Origin: the human T2T-CHM13v2.0 reference genome, Homo sapiens
Direction: 5' to 3' (one strand)
Length of the DNA stretch: 64,000 nucleotides
Assembly (NCBI RefSeq): GCF_009914755.1
Contig: NC_060930.1
The notes under the pieces were generated by a model. It made no database searches. It saw only the letters and a list, made by a program, of their open reading frames with translations, and was not told the DNA's origin. Position 1 is the stretch's first letter; each line of letters opens with the position of its first letter. This document shows positions 47,030 through 64,000 of the stretch, in pieces. Position numbers and translations under genes: made by a program.

Positions 47030-47408
47030 TGCTATGGATTGAACTGCATACCCCTAAATTCATATGCTGAAACCCTACTTCCCAGTGTGATTGTATTTGG
47101 AGATTTATTTGGAGATGGTAATTAGGTTATGACGGTAGAGCCTTAAATGGGATTAGTGCCCTCATGAGAGACACAAGAGCTCTCTCTCTCTCTCTGTGAC
47201 TCCTTCTCTCCCTCAGAGCACAAAGAAGACATCATGTGAACACACACTGGGACAGTTCTCGTCATCTACAAGCCCAGGGAAGAGGCTCAGAATAAAACCT
47301 ACCTCATGGGCAGTTTGATCTTGGATTTCCCAGCCTCCAGAACTGTAAGAAATAAATTTCGGTTGTTTCTGGCTGCATTTTTGTTATGGTAACCCGAGCT
47401 GATTGAGA
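47030..47408 (+). mobile_element. MLT1A/MST-type MaLR solo LTR
   Basis: tgctatggattgaa...aattcatatgctgaaacccta...tcttggatttcccagcctccagaactgtaagaaataaatt. Confidence 0.8.
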
Positions 47409-48914
47409 GTTAACGGGACAGGGTGATGTGGAGAGGCTATCCCATGTTAGTCAGAGTGGCCTGGCAAGGCGGAGGTGTTTGAGCAGAATATTAAAGAAGT
47501 GAGGGAGTAGGCCACGTGGAAATGTGGAGGAAGAGCACTCGGAACAGACAGAGGAGCAAGTACAAAGGCCCTGAGGAGACAGCAGGTTTGCAATGCTACT
47601 GAGGCCAGAGGTGAGGAGACAAAGGGGAGAATGTCAGCAGGTAGAGGAGAGGAGAGCCAGGGCCCAGGTCACCCAGGCCCCACAGGCCACAATAAGGGCA
47701 TATTTTACTCTGAGTGCCATGAGAAGGCTGAGGGGGTGAGGAAGGGGTGGTCAGGTGGCTACTGTATGGTGTACATACAGTACACCAGGTGACCTGATGG
47801 ATCCCAGATCAGGACAGCAGTAGAGGCAGTGAGACACCCAAAGGATTTCTTAGTGGACTGGGCCTGGGGTTTACCAAGAAGAAGAACCAGGAGGAGACCA
47901 CTGGGTACAGTGAGATGTCATTTACCAAGATAGCAAAGACTGGAGAAGCACGTCTAGGCGTTAAGTCCGAGGCATTTTAAGTGGGACTTGTCTATCGGGC
48001 CTCTTAGTGGAGATGTTTAATAAACAGATATAGAGTCTGGAGTTCAGGGGACAGGTTGGGACTGAAATAATAAACTTGGAGTCTAGAGTATAGAGATGGT
48101 ATGTAAAGCCCAGAGACTAGATGCAACAATGTAGGGAGTGAATATCAACAAGCAGAGGCACAGGATTGAGTGCTAGGGCTTTCCAATATTTAGAGGGTGG
48201 GGTGTTGAGGAGGACACAAAAAAGACAGAAGGAGCATCCAGCAAAAGAGGAGACAAACTGGGAGAGTATTACATGCCAAGCGCGAAGTGTATCTCAGGAA
48301 CGAAGAACTGACTGTGTCGAATGCTAAGAGGGCAAGGAAGATGAAGGGGAGAATGGTAAGTGGCTTTGGCACTGTTGTGCTCACTGGTCACTGTGACAGG
48401 TGTGGCTGGGGGAAAAGTCCTACTGGAGCAGGTTCAAGAGACTTGAAAAGTAGACAACAGGGACGACTCTTTCAAGCAATTTTACTGTAAAGGGAAGCCA
48501 AAAAGCAGGTTGAAAATAAAAGTAGAGTGATGGGGGGAACATGAATTTATCCAAATATTTGGTTTGCTTTCGGAAAACGAGGGACCAATTCAGCTGCAAC
48601 ATCACATTTGTACGACACTTTCAGTCTGTCTTTCACATAGTTGGCTCATGCAGTGCATTTATTACTAAATATTTTTAGATAAGGAAACAAACTTCAGATG
48701 AGTTAAGTAACTAACTTAAGGTAAAGGGAACCAGAGGTGGAAGCTGTGCCCTCACATCCTGAACTAGAGTGGTGCACTGGAAAGGCTGTAGGTTTACAGT
48801 TTGGCTAAATGAAATGCTGCATGTTGCAAAACTTCAGAAAGAGCTATAACAAATTTGGTTATTATTTCCACTTCAAAAATTCCTAAACCTTCTCAGAGAC
48901 AATACTGTTTCTCA

Positions 48915-49112
<198 letters not shown>

Positions 49113-49999
49113 TCAGATTAACTCCGTTTTTCACTATCTAAATAGCAGACATGAAATAGACAGCTTTTAAAAAAAGGCATCCTAGCTAATAGTCCACTCT
49201 AGATATTATAAAACCAAGCACTGTCTTCTTTGGCTACCAGTTTTAGGGTTTGTCTCCTATCTCCAAATTGAAAATTACTGTTGACTTAATTTAGAAAAAA
49301 GCTGCTGAGTACTTGCTGTTGGTGAACACACAAATCTTTTGGAAAATACAGGTGCTATATAGATGCATAACCATTCCACATAAAATATAAAAGAAAATCT
49401 GACCAAAACACTCCCACCATGCCCAAATGCCACATAAAGCTCTTCAACATTTTAATTTCAGCCTAAGAGACCAAGGAATTTTGGACATTCACATTATATA
49501 CAAAATTTTATGTGGATAGAAGATAAATTTCAAAGATTCACTAATTATACACTCACTTCATCCCTCTCCAAATCTTCCTGCATTTACCAGACTTCCTTTC
49601 TTACGTGTATCTTCACACTATTTTATCTTTTTCTAAGCATATTACCTAAGGTGCTAACTCATTCTGTACTCTATATAACCTATGATCAAGAATCTCAACA
49701 AAATTATGTTATAAAAATCTGGAAAGGTGAAAGCCATGAGCTTCAGAAATTACTGCTTCATGGCCTTTCTTGGAGAAATGCTTTTTTAAAAAACTAGGCC
49801 TTTTAAAAAAGTTATAAACATACATACATACAAATACACATAAAGTGACTCCTGAGACATGGCAGTACTCTTGGGTACAGTTTATTTCTGAAGAGCCACT
49901 TAACACTTCAAGAAAGATGTGGTAATTCAAAAGAATAAAGTTCGTTATTCTCCTAATAAATTCCCTTTCTGATAGCTAAAATCCTACACTTTTAGTTTA

Positions 50000-50450
50000 G
50001 ATGCACATTTAGTGCATGCCTACTATTTGCTAGGACTATACATGGCATTGGGTTACAAGCATGGTTATGATAATCAATCACTTTTTCTCAAAGACCTAAT
50101 AGTGCAATGACAGAACAAGAACTAAGCATAAATAGTTCCAATCACACATGATGAATGCCGAGATAAATGTGTGAAGAGTTCTCTGAGCATCTAAAGCTGG
50201 GACACACAATCCAGCGTAGTGGGGATGGATCACAGAAGACTTCTTCAAGGAAGAGACTCCTGAGTTGATTCTTGAAGGGCAAGTACGAGTTGGTGAGGAA
50301 AAAATGATGAGAATCTGGGCAAGGGAGAACACACGAGCAGAGGGGCTGGCCAGGAACCAGAGGCAGCTGTTACACTGCAGAATGGAGGAAAGGAAGGTTG
50401 GTGGGAGAGAAGGCTGGAAGGACAGGCTGGAGCCAGGTCTTAACGGCTTG
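50000..50450 (-). mobile_element. L2 fragment
   Basis: tttagtgcatgcctactat...gaagacttcttcaaggaagagactcctgagttgattcttgaagg. Confidence 0.55.
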
Positions 50451-53000
50451 TGGAATTCTTGCTTTCCTCTCTTTCTAAGGTAGACCCCATCAAAATGCTC
50501 TTGGTGTCCACCCCCACTTTGTTTTTTGCCATGTATCAGTCACAGCTCTGGGTAAACCCTTTCAGTCCTGTCCTGGCGTCTGCTGCCAGGCTGCTGAGGA
50601 AGAGAGAAACCATGAGGATTACTGGCGCTTGCAGTCCTGGGCTCGCCTCACTCTCACTTCCTGCTCCTTTCTACAGCAAAACCTAGAGTTTCCTCCAAAA
50701 CACTGATATACAGTACATCTAAGAAAAAGTAAAGAGAAATAAGACACAGAGATCTGAAAATGATATATTCATTTATTTTACAAAATGCCCTAAATTTATT
50801 AGGCTCTGGGAATGTGAGTCAGGTTTTATTTTCATAGTTGGCTTATAAAAAAGAATTTCCAATCATCCAAATAGGATGAATAGCTACTTTCAAAGTTTAC
50901 TAACATATGGCAAATGCACATGGTAATTGGTCATTAACTAGTTGTCATGACATATCACTGTTTTATTCCAATCACTCCATCACTGACTAACGTCAATAAG
51001 CCTATTTAGCAAAACTACAAATTTCTGTGGTCTGGAGAAATATTAAAAACAAAGCTGCGACATAAGGCAATATCAGGGTAAGAGGAGATGATGACTTTAT
51101 CCTGGAAAAGAAAGAGAACACAGTGTTGAGGAAGCCCAGCCCGCCTTCCAGATCTTCAGGGACTGGTTAAGTTTGGGGATTAGAGCATGTGGTAGCACAC
51201 TCAGATGAGAAAGTTAAGCAATATATATGTACTAAATGAAACCTCAAATTACTTTGTATCCATGTATTTGTTCTCTGCCATTAATGTGGTGAATCGAGAA
51301 AAATCCAGAGATATACTGGAAAAGCATTCAATACGTTTAGAAACATTTCTTAACATTTAATTTAAAAAGGGTTAAATTTATCCTTCCTTCCTCTTTGTAC
51401 ACATTCATATCAGAAGGAAAATGGTACTCTTTTCTGTCACCACCCCCCCAACCCCCAACCACGGAAGCAAGAACATTAAAATCACTAGCAGAGGAAATGT
51501 TATACTAATAGAAAGAAAACTGGATTTAGAATATAAAGTATGTTCATATGAAAGGACATCTTTGGTTACCATTCATTCAGTCTGCAGAATTAATGTATTT
51601 CAGTTAGATTACTTATGAGATCAACGGTTCTACTGGCTCTTTATAAGTCAGGGAAGGGGTTCAAGAAATTAGAGATGGCACAACTATAGACATTAGATGA
51701 GGACATGGGGCACACATCTATCTACCACATGCCGCCACAGCTGAAATGTGTCTGTGTGTCTCAGAGAAATGGCTGCCTCCTGTCTTGCATAGCAAGCATG
51801 TAAGCTTTGGTCACTCACAGATTGAGGGAGATGAACTGAATGATTTCTAAAGTCATTTTTGTCTTTTAAATTCTATAAATCTACTGAGGAATCTATGTGT
51901 TTATAAGGCTTTAATGTTTAGAATGATGTATGGACATGGGCATTTGACACTCAAATGGGGGGGTTGGTGACAAAGGGAAATGAGGCCAGAGTAAGAGTTC
52001 AGCTCCCTTGGTCTGGTGGAGAGGGGGTCACAGTGTCTCGGGCATTCCCGGTTACCAAAGGTGAGGCTGGGCCAAAAACGAATTTTATCTATGGCAGTGG
52101 GAGATTTAAAATGTCTCTAACTTCAGTTCCATTATGACAGTATTTTAAAGACAGCTATGGTGTTATCTGGTCTATTTTATAAAAACTAATAATATTTAGA
52201 AAAATATTTTAAAGATAAAATAATAATTTGTGTTCAGAAACCATTAGTTCCATAAGACAGGCATGAAAGGAAAAGATATTTAAATATTACCAATCTTGTT
52301 ACAATGACTACATTTCAAGCCAAGACGACAAGTTGGCCAGTGGAAATATATACACAAAAAGGCAATAAATGTGGTCTGGGGAGCTGCCAAGTGTTTGGTT
52401 CAAAGGATTCTGCAGCAGAACTTCCAACTTCTACATCACTCTAATTATTTATTTCTGTTTCTTCCAATTCCTACTTCTTCCATTTTAAATTGGAGTATTA
52501 CTTAATGTATATGTTTCAATTTTTAAATTTTCAGTATTCTATAAAGGTAATAAATATTTAAAAAGAAATATATCACAACTAAAATAATAGATTTTGGCAA
52601 CTATAATTAGAAACATCTCTTTAAAGGAATTGAGTCACTATGATCTTTTGAAAGTGTGGAATGCTTTTGTTGCTTTGGAGGCTATAATTTGAATGTAGTT
52701 TATTAACTGTGGTAATACATTTCATCCTACTTTACTCAAAAACAAGAAGGCATAATTATTTACAGACCTCAGAGCTCTGATAGCAATGGGCTTTATGTGC
52801 TTTTCCTCCTGTCTTCTGGGAATGGTTAATAGGGCTGGAGGAAGGAACCACAGTACTAATGGTGCTAGTCTATTCATATCTGAATCCTATGGGAGAGATG
52901 CTAACTCTTTTCCTAGAGCCCGTAATGATTCAACTAGTTGGAGGATTGCTCTGGATTGATGGTGTATTCTTTCAAAATAATCTTAAATTAAGGTAACTCA

Positions 53001-53345
<345 letters not shown>

Positions 53346-56007
53346 TCATTAACAAATATATTTGGCTACCTATTATCATCAAATGTACCAGATAATTTAT
53401 AGAACTGAAGCAATTCTAAAAATTGCCAGATGAATATATAAACAAAGCATTAAATAGTTATAAAGTCTTGATTAGCTATGACTTTCGATTTATTCTTCCT
53501 CACTGCTTGCTATTTTATGCAAAATGGGAAATGAACCAAAAATAATTTTCTTGAGAATTCTGGTTTGAATAATTTCTGAGCTGTAAACAAACTTCATTCA
53601 AGTTCATAGTCCAGAATATAGCTGACTCCTTGGGGTTATACAGTTATCAATTTTTGGAAGAAAAATACTCCCTCACATCCCATACAATTATTGCAAAGGT
53701 TCAGTCATGTATGCAAACAGAATGGCAAACAGGGATATTTAATTCAAAAGAGCAGATAATCCAACATTATTCCTTTTGGATTTTAGCACAGATTGGGAAA
53801 GAATAATCAGAAATTTCATCAACGATTGCGTCATTTAGCTGTATTCTCAAAGTGAATTGATTTTTAGATAAAGCAATTTGAGCTTCACTTACAAACGCGT
53901 CCTTCCTGAAAAGGTTTGCACAGTGCTGATCTTTCAAATTTACACTCTTAGGACCTCACTAAGACCTGGAATAACAATTCCAGGGGACTGGCATTCTAAG
54001 ACTAGCCACGATTCTATTGCAGCTTGCAGAAACTGACTGTGGAGGACTATTTCCCAATGACTATCTCTCTGGGGAAAGGTGGCTAATAGAGGGCAGCTAT
54101 TTACTGAATTAACCCATAAACCCCAGCTTCCTGCTTTCAAACAGCAGCAGGGTAAATCTCCACACAACTTTTTAACTAAGGGCCAAAATAATGTTTAAAA
54201 TTAGTCATATCTTGCTCCATCTCATCACGGGTAGTTGTTTTAGACAGAGCTGAAACCGAAGATGTAACAATTTAGTTTACTCTTGACTCGCAGTACTGCT
54301 GTTCTTACATCTGACTATCTTGGGCTGTGCGGGAAGACGGGGGTTATGAAGACAAAGATGGTGAGAGGCACTTTCTGATTCCACAAATAACCTGCTCCTG
54401 AGAGGTTCAAAGATGCCACATTTCTCGTTCCCATCTATCTTTTGGGTAAGATCTCCTTGCTAACTTCTATCAACAAATTGCAGATAAGTCGAGTGCAGTT
54501 TCTGTCCAGTTACTGGGCAAGTTGGGATATTCTATCAATAGCTTCAGAGAACACCACCAAAAAGGCGAGCAGAACTGATGAAAAAGCAGTTTGGTGTATT
54601 TAGATGGGCATGCATATACACCACTTAAAAAAAAATCAGTCCTACATGCTGCTTTAAATATATACTGCATTTTTCACAAACATTTTCCATGCCAATCAAC
54701 ATACATCATTATTGCTGTTGAGTGCATACTATCTGACTAAACAGATACATTATTTAAAAAAATTTTCCAAGGATATATTCCGATTTATTTAAACTCACTG
54801 CAGCACTGGACACTGAAGCTAATTTATTTTTATGTTTTTGCCACTATAAACAATTCAGTGGTGTCTAGTTTCTTTTTTTTTTCATTCCTGTCATGTTTAT
54901 GAATCATTTCTTTTTAAAGCTAACTTATGTTCAGACAAAAATGTCTACAAAGATGCCAGCTGGAAGATGTCAGTTTAATTATCTAAACTGATAATGAGGA
55001 AGGACTTGGGAATGTGTATTAGAGACATAAACATCCACTACTTACAGAGCTATTTCTCTTTCCAGTGTGGGCCAATGATATCCCACCTCATATGGTAGCC
55101 TCCATAGCCCTTGGGATATTGCACATCCACCTGTTGTAAATCATCATATTGAGTCTTTTTAAAACTGGGGAGGAGAAATCTACACACAATCATTTATATC
55201 AAGATATTTTTCTAATAAGCTTCAAGTTGGAATAGAAGCATAGTATATTCCATCTTCGGAAATAATAATAATATATGAAGTTAGTTTGCCAAACATCTCT
55301 TAAAATTTCCCCTTACTTTGATTTTAGATACAACTGTCCCATCACTGTAAGAGTTAAACACATATTTTCATTTCAAGACAGTACTTAAGACACTAACACC
55401 ATAGTGAAATTTGGCTATGTTTTCCATCTCTGTCTTTCATTCTATGGGTCTGTGGATCATCTATGGCTTAAGACACATGAAATCAGTACAGACTTCAGGC
55501 TTTTAGTAACTCTCCAAATTCTGTCCTATGGTCTCTTACTGTAGCCAGTGTGGCCAGTATTACTTGCTTCTCCTAGTTTCTAAGATCATCAGCAACAGAT
55601 ATCTGTGCATCACGCACATGTTTTATCCCAAAGTCTACAGCAGTGCCAAGAAAACAGCAGTGCTCAATACATGCTTAATTTAATAAAACCGAAAAGCAAA
55701 AACAAAGAGGTTGTGTCATTGGCTCCCACCCTAAACTTACATCTAGATAATCTAATCCCATATTTAGTGTCACCACATACATGCCCCTCTTATAGCCAAT
55801 TTAAGGAAAACTTCCTCTTCCAGGCTGATCCCATGATTTACCATCACAAATTTGCAATGGTCTGAAGTGACTTCTAAGAGTCAAGAAAAGGTGAAATGAG
55901 GAAAATAACAACAGGGTGGTAACTTCTTATGAAGGCTTAAATTTTATTCAATTTAAATGATTGTCTTTTATTCTGAATCTCTGTCCTTCCTACTTTTGTG
56001 ATGTTAA

Positions 56008-56338
<331 letters not shown>

Positions 56339-58172
56339 AATAGTAGGTTTTTTTTTTTTTGGTATACTTTTTAAATGAAATAAAAACATTGGTAACCTAA
56401 GGCCAATCTCTCAATAATTAGGAAAATTTTTACCTTGCCCATGAAAGCTACAAGTCTGGCACCATTAGTCTCAGGGCCCAGCTGAATTACCAGAGCAATT
56501 ACTATTGGAAAGAACAGTTTACTATCAATTATACCAAAAGTAATGGTAGTTTTTGGCAGAAATTCTGAGGCATAAAGGCCAATATTAAGTGATTCTGTTC
56601 AACAGGTTAAAAAGTAAGCACTTCGGGGATGCATCTTGCCAAACTCAGCAACTTAAGACTGAGCCAGTCAGTCAGGCATAATTTACTGAGTGCTTACTCT
56701 ATGCCCGTTACCGTGCCATCCAAACACCAAACACCCTAGGAAATATGCTCAGGTTATTTTTGATGACCAAGATATCCTACCCTGAAATGCTGGAGGATTG
56801 GGGTCTCAATTGCAACTCAATTAAATTTTGTTCTGGCAGCTGAGTAGAGGAAAAACAGTTTTTGGAAAACCATTTCTGTTCCTCCTCTGGGCATTACTTA
56901 GCCAAGATCAAGAGGGTCTAATTAAACTTCTATAAAATAAACTGAACTTCATCTGACTGGTATATGAAACACACTGATATCTTATTACCCATTTCAGCAG
57001 ATCCTTACTGTAGGTCTTTTCCGGATATTAAACTACTTAGGATTAAATGGAACGGATTCATTCCTTGATGCCTAATACATTCTTTATCACTACACTTCAG
57101 AGTGGGTAATCAACTGTTTTAAGGCAGGATCAGTAAAATGGATGCTATTAAGGAACCCACCGGGAGAAAATGGTATTCAAATTCCCAAATGATGAATTAA
57201 TATGAAGCGAGTTTAGGAAAACAGATGATGTCTAGGTAATCAGGATCAATAATTAGGGTGTAATTTTTAAGCTGCATGAGGTAAGTTTAGATATTTCTCT
57301 TCAAATTAAATGCATCTACCCAACCAAAAGAAACCAGACAGTTAATTAAACCATCTTATAATTTAAAATGGTAGCTTTTCTTACTTTTGGTTTTTTTTAT
57401 GAAAGAAGTAATGCACAAATAAAAATGTGCGCATAGCTTGTGATAAAAACAAACAGATTCAGAGATTACTCTCAAACAGATGCTGAAGAATAAAGCTACC
57501 AAACTACTTCATTCTCATTTTCCTTCCTTCTGCCTACAACTTATGGTTTGGAGGTTGTTGGATGCTGTGTTATGAAACACTTTGGCATCTAAAATTTTAA
57601 AAACATAAAGATTAAAGAAAAAGACAAAAGAATAAAAAGGACAATAAAGAATAAAAAATGAGGAAAACTCAGCAATAAAGATAGATAATCTTTTCAACAG
57701 AACATAAACTACTACAACGAAGTCAATGTGTACCCTGTTTTGGTCCTTAGAAACACCTTTATATAAAATATAGTCAGCATTAAAGGACAATCTGCATATA
57801 ATCAGCTCTTTGCTGCCTTGCGACATCTTCTGTGTTTCAACTTCTCATGCCGATCTAAAGGCAGAAAAACAATTCTGTTTCTTTTACTACCACCAGCGCT
57901 CCCTCAAAAAGATAGTTACATAATAGATGCCATTTTATAACTGCTGCATTTGTAATAAGGCAGCGACAAATCCATTTCTAACATATCACGGTAATCCATT
58001 ATATTTTCTATGAAATAGAAAACAAGGTTTATTACTCAAGAGTTAAAATATTTTCATGTATTGATACTTTCAATTTATGTTTACCTTTAATTTACATGTT
58101 TATACATTTTCAGTGATTAAGATTATATTATTAGATAAATATATTGCAAATGTAATGAAATGCCTAAAAACA

Positions 58173-58463
<291 letters not shown>

Positions 58464-58717
58464 CTAAAAACCTTTATAAAGTAAGAATAATCAAAATGGG
58501 GCTATTTTTCATGCTCTGAACTTCTGGTAGCCTCTTAATAATGATACTAACATTAAAAAATGTTTCAAAGAACAAAGTAACTGGCTGATAGTAAAACTAC
58601 ATATTTTCTAGAAGAAATATTCAAAATATGTCAGTGTTGACAGAAATAACTGCAGTTTATAAAATAAGTTTTTAAATTGTAAAATGCAAAAAGTAAAAAC
58701 ATCACTATGGTATTTTG

Positions 58718-59005
<288 letters not shown>

Positions 59006-59179
59006 CACTACAGTATTTTGAAACAAATTACCGTCATTATTTTGCCTTTAAGGAAATACTCAGATAAATGAATGCTGACACAAGAAAACTGTTAACTTTT
59101 GGAAACTGTATTTTTTAGAAAGCATTATAAAATGCTAAAATAAAAATCTCAGAATAGCATTTTAAAATTAGAGATACTA

Positions 59180-59425
59180 CACTCATAGGTGGGAATTGAA
59201 CAATGAGAACACATGGACACAGGAAGGGGAACATCACACACTGGGGCCTGTTGTGGGGTGGGGGGAAGGGGGAAGGATAGCATTAGGAGATATACCTAAT
59301 GTTAAATGACGAGTTAATGGGTGCAGCACACCAACATGGCACATGTATACATATGTAACAAACCTGCACGTTGTGTACATGTACCTTAAAACTTAAAGTA
59401 TAAAAAGAAAAAAAAAACAAAAAAC
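59180..59425 (+). mobile_element. 5'-truncated L1PA 3'UTR (about PA4/5)
   Basis: L1 3'UTR with A tail; perfect 15-bp TSD AAATTAGAGATACTA at 59165-59179 and 59426-59440. Confidence 0.94.
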
Positions 59426-60039
59426 AAATTAGAGATACTAATCATTCTCATTTTATCTTTAAGGAAAAGGAAGAAAGAAAATAAAAACCTTTCTTCTTTA
59501 TGTTCTGCTAATGGAATCTGGGCTTTACATGGCATCAAGCATACAGTATGAGGTAAATGGCAAAGGATACAGAAAAGTTTATGTAATAATTAGGCCCAAA
59601 ACTCTCACTTCTAGGGAATCATTAGGGTTAGAGACTGGTAATGTGATAAGAAGAGTCTCTACGAGATAGATGAATCTGAAACAGCAGGAGAGAGGCTGAA
59701 CTTCAGACTGTTTACACTAGACTAATACCAGACTTTTCCAGATAGATCTGGTGTGAAATGAACTGTTGAGAAATAAAGCAATGAGCCAGTGGGAAGATTC
59801 CACAATTTATAGATTGGGTCTACACTTGGCACAAAATATATCTTATGGTTGGGATGAGTTCCTTCTTTTTCCTTGAATGTCAATTTAAGTATAATAACAA
59901 TATTTTTTGGGCTATTTTTCTCTTTACTCAAAATGAAAATGTTTTCTTGGATCCCAAGGGGGAAAACAGATATTCTTAGAATTTAAGATTACTTATTTCA
60001 GTTAAGTGGAATGCCAATGTGAAAAATGGCAAAACTGTC

Positions 60040-60740
60040 TTGTAATGTGTGACGTGCAAAATAGAAAATAAAACAGGTTGATGTGATGGAGTCTGATGAG
60101 AAGCTTCTTTAGACTGGCTTGTTGTGAAGAACATGTAGAAGCAGAGATCTTCAAGGTGAGACCAGAAACGATCGAATGAACCTGCCAGTGAAGACCTGGG
60201 AGTGGCTCTTACAAGTGTCCTAAGTTAGGCATGAGTCTGCAAAGTGTGAAAACAGAAGCTTGGCTGGTGTAGCTGACAGTCAGTGAGGGGACTCCAGTGC
60301 CAGGGCCTCTGGAGAGCTGATGCAGGGGCAGATTACACAGGGACACTAGGCCAGATCAAGCGTTTCAATTTATTCTAAGTGCAGTGGAAAAGCATTCCAG
60401 GCTTTTAAACAGGGGATGATAAAGTCTGATTCACATTTCTAAAGTTCACTCTGGATACTGTGGGAAGAATAGGTTACATAAAAGGAGGAGTGTAGGCAAG
60501 CAAGCAAATGATTGTATAGGCAAAAGGCAGATCGTTGGTGGCCTGGTCTGGGTGCTGATAGTGGAGATGGACTGACGTGGAGGAACTGGAGCGATGTTCG
60601 GGAGGTAAGAGTTGTCAGGAAGAATTGGATTTGGGGATAAGGGAAGACAGGATCAAAGATGACTTCTAGTTTGCTAGCTCTAGCAGCTGGGTAAGTACTG
60701 ATAGCATTTAAGACGGGGAAGAGTGAAGTAGGAGCAGGTG
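60040..60740 (-). mobile_element. L2 fragment
   Basis: tttattctaagtgcagtggaaaagcatt...ttttaaacagggg...tcaaagatgacttctag. Confidence 0.65.
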
Positions 60741-60879
60741 TGGTAAAGACAAGCATGCGTTCTCTTTTCAGAGTTTGCTATAATAACTATCACCCACAAT
60801 TACAAGGAAAAAGCCAAATTCATGCATTTTAATTTTCCTTTTTTAGTTATTTATAAAGATCAATTTGTTCAATTTGAGG

Positions 60880-62520
<1,641 letters not shown>

Positions 62521-62712
62521 ACCCTGAAAATCTGTACAATAACTTATTTTTTCCTAATTAGGTTCAGGAGAGAAAGTTATAGTAGTATATACAGTATGTA
62601 AAGTTTACTGTTTTAAGCTATAAATATTTTTGTTTTTCACATCAGATAACACATTGTATTAGGCTCACCTCTACAATATCTTAGCTAATTATTGCTATCA
62701 AATATTAAACCA

Positions 62713-63321
62713 CCGAAGATCCTCAAATAAGGTCTTTTCAATGTCCTTTACTTATAACATCGATAAAAAAAAAAACACAAAAAACTTGATTCCAGGCTGG
62801 GGCCACTGCCTGTACTGAGTTTGCATGTTGTCTCATGTCTGCATGGGTTTTGAGTACACCAGCTTTTCTCCCACATCTCAAAGCTGTGCATGTTAGGTGA
62901 ATTGGCATGTCTACATGGTCCTAGTCTGAATGAATGAATGAATATGTATGTATGAATGCACCCCGCGCTGGGATGGCGTACTGGCCAGAGCTGGTTCACA
63001 CCTGGCACCCTGAGCTGCCAAGGTAGGCTCTGGCAACCAGCAACCTTGAACTGGAATAACTGGGTAAATAATTATCTGTTTTTTTTTTAATTAATCTTTC
63101 TTAAATGTTAAGTATAGCTCATATGTACTTCAATGTTTAATATTAGAAATGCTTTGATCTTTAGAAGTTTGGTGATGTTTTTGTGACCATGAATGTGCTG
63201 CAGAAACTTAACCCTTGTTTATAACAATTAGCCAAGGGTAAAACTGGTTTGGTTATATGTCATTTTGCTTAAAGCTGCAGTTTCAAAGAACCTGCTGATG
63301 ACATTAAGTGAGGACTTACTG
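62713..63321 (+). mobile_element. MER6A-like Tigger-family element
   Basis: ggggccactgcctgtactgagtttgcatgttgtctcatgtctgcatgggtttt...ctcccacatctcaaag core; 3' end taagtgaggacttactg|TA. Confidence 0.78.
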
Positions 63322-63584
63322 TATTCTGAAGTTAATTTTCACTTTGGCATTTCTTTCTCTTTTCCCATCTTACTGCAAAATTTCACTGATTTATTTTTTC
63401 TTTATAGAGATTTAGTGTTTTCATCAATATTTCTCCATAAAGAGAAGGGAAAATCATTGCATTTAAACAACAGAGAACATTTTATCCAGAGGAGTTTTGA
63501 CAATAGAGAGACTAAAGGTAAATTAGGGAATGGGTCAGATAATCATTAAGCAGCATTTATGCACTTACAGAATTTTCAGGTGTT

Positions 63585-63720
63585 ATCTTGGGCATGTCCC
63601 TTCAAGTCTTTGACAGCAATTTCCTGATCTATAAAACAAAGTACCACTTACCTACCCCACCTTATAGAGTTTTAGTGGGATCAAATGGAATAATACACAT
63701 GAAAATGCTTTGAAACTACA
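63585..63720 (+). mobile_element. MIR
   Basis: tttcctgatctataaaac...gggatcaaatggaataatacacatgaaaatgcttt. Confidence 0.6.
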
Positions 63721-64000
63721 GGGATTAGTCCAGCAAAACATTTTTATCTTTTTGGATTAAGCAACTGACATTTAGCTAACCAAAAGAGATCTGTTTTTGT
63801 TTTTTTTTCCCTTCAATTTTAGACATCTACTCAAAAAAAAAAAATTCACCAAATGTTCACTTGGAGATAGAATTGTAACACAAGTAGTAATGAAACAATG
63901 TAAGGTATTCCCAAAATTTAAAAGTGTAACAAATTGCTACTGTTAACAGCCAACTTTCTTAAAGCAATGTAATTGCTACACAACTACCAAATATGTAGTA

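Larger units (their letters stand above)
45690..48530 (-). mobile_element. L2, fragmented by Tigger3 and MLT1A insertions
   Basis: L2-like segments at 45690-45835, 46985-47030 and 47410-48530 (ggaagagcactc...tacaaaggccctgagg; ttttactctgagtg). Confidence 0.65.

Noticed and set aside
55050-55140. Strong + strand acceptor (tttctctttccag), and an isolated donor CTG|GTAAGT at ~8419, suggesting antisense or lncRNA exons
   Set aside because: Isolated splice-like motifs are common; no paired sites or transcript evidence

Overview
Primate (most likely human) nuclear DNA. The only protein-coding content is the 3' part of MAN1A1 (Golgi alpha-1,2-mannosidase IA, GH47) on the minus strand: seven coding exons with GT-AG boundaries and consistent phases, followed by a ~2.6 kb 3'UTR ending near 21405. 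Exon numbers 7-13 are from recall of a 13-exon model. The 5' exons lie beyond the right edge, and 1-21.4 kb is intergenic. The rest is typical primate repeat content: Alus, L1, L2, MIR, MaLR/ERVL LTRs, and Tigger and Charlie DNA transposons. Repeat subfamily calls were made by eye. I found no evidence of a new multi-gene system. The most unusual items are (i) an indel-free ~170 bp mitochondrial COX1 fragment (NUMT) that carries ancestral, non-human residues; (ii) a ~126 bp locally templated insertion that preserves the pre-Alu state of a site 3 kb away; (iii) a MADE2-derived hairpin in the MAN1A1 3'UTR; (iv) a splice donor rebuilt at the exon 7/8 junction; and (v) Ser in place of the Ca2+-binding Thr of the GH47 NTEAH motif.
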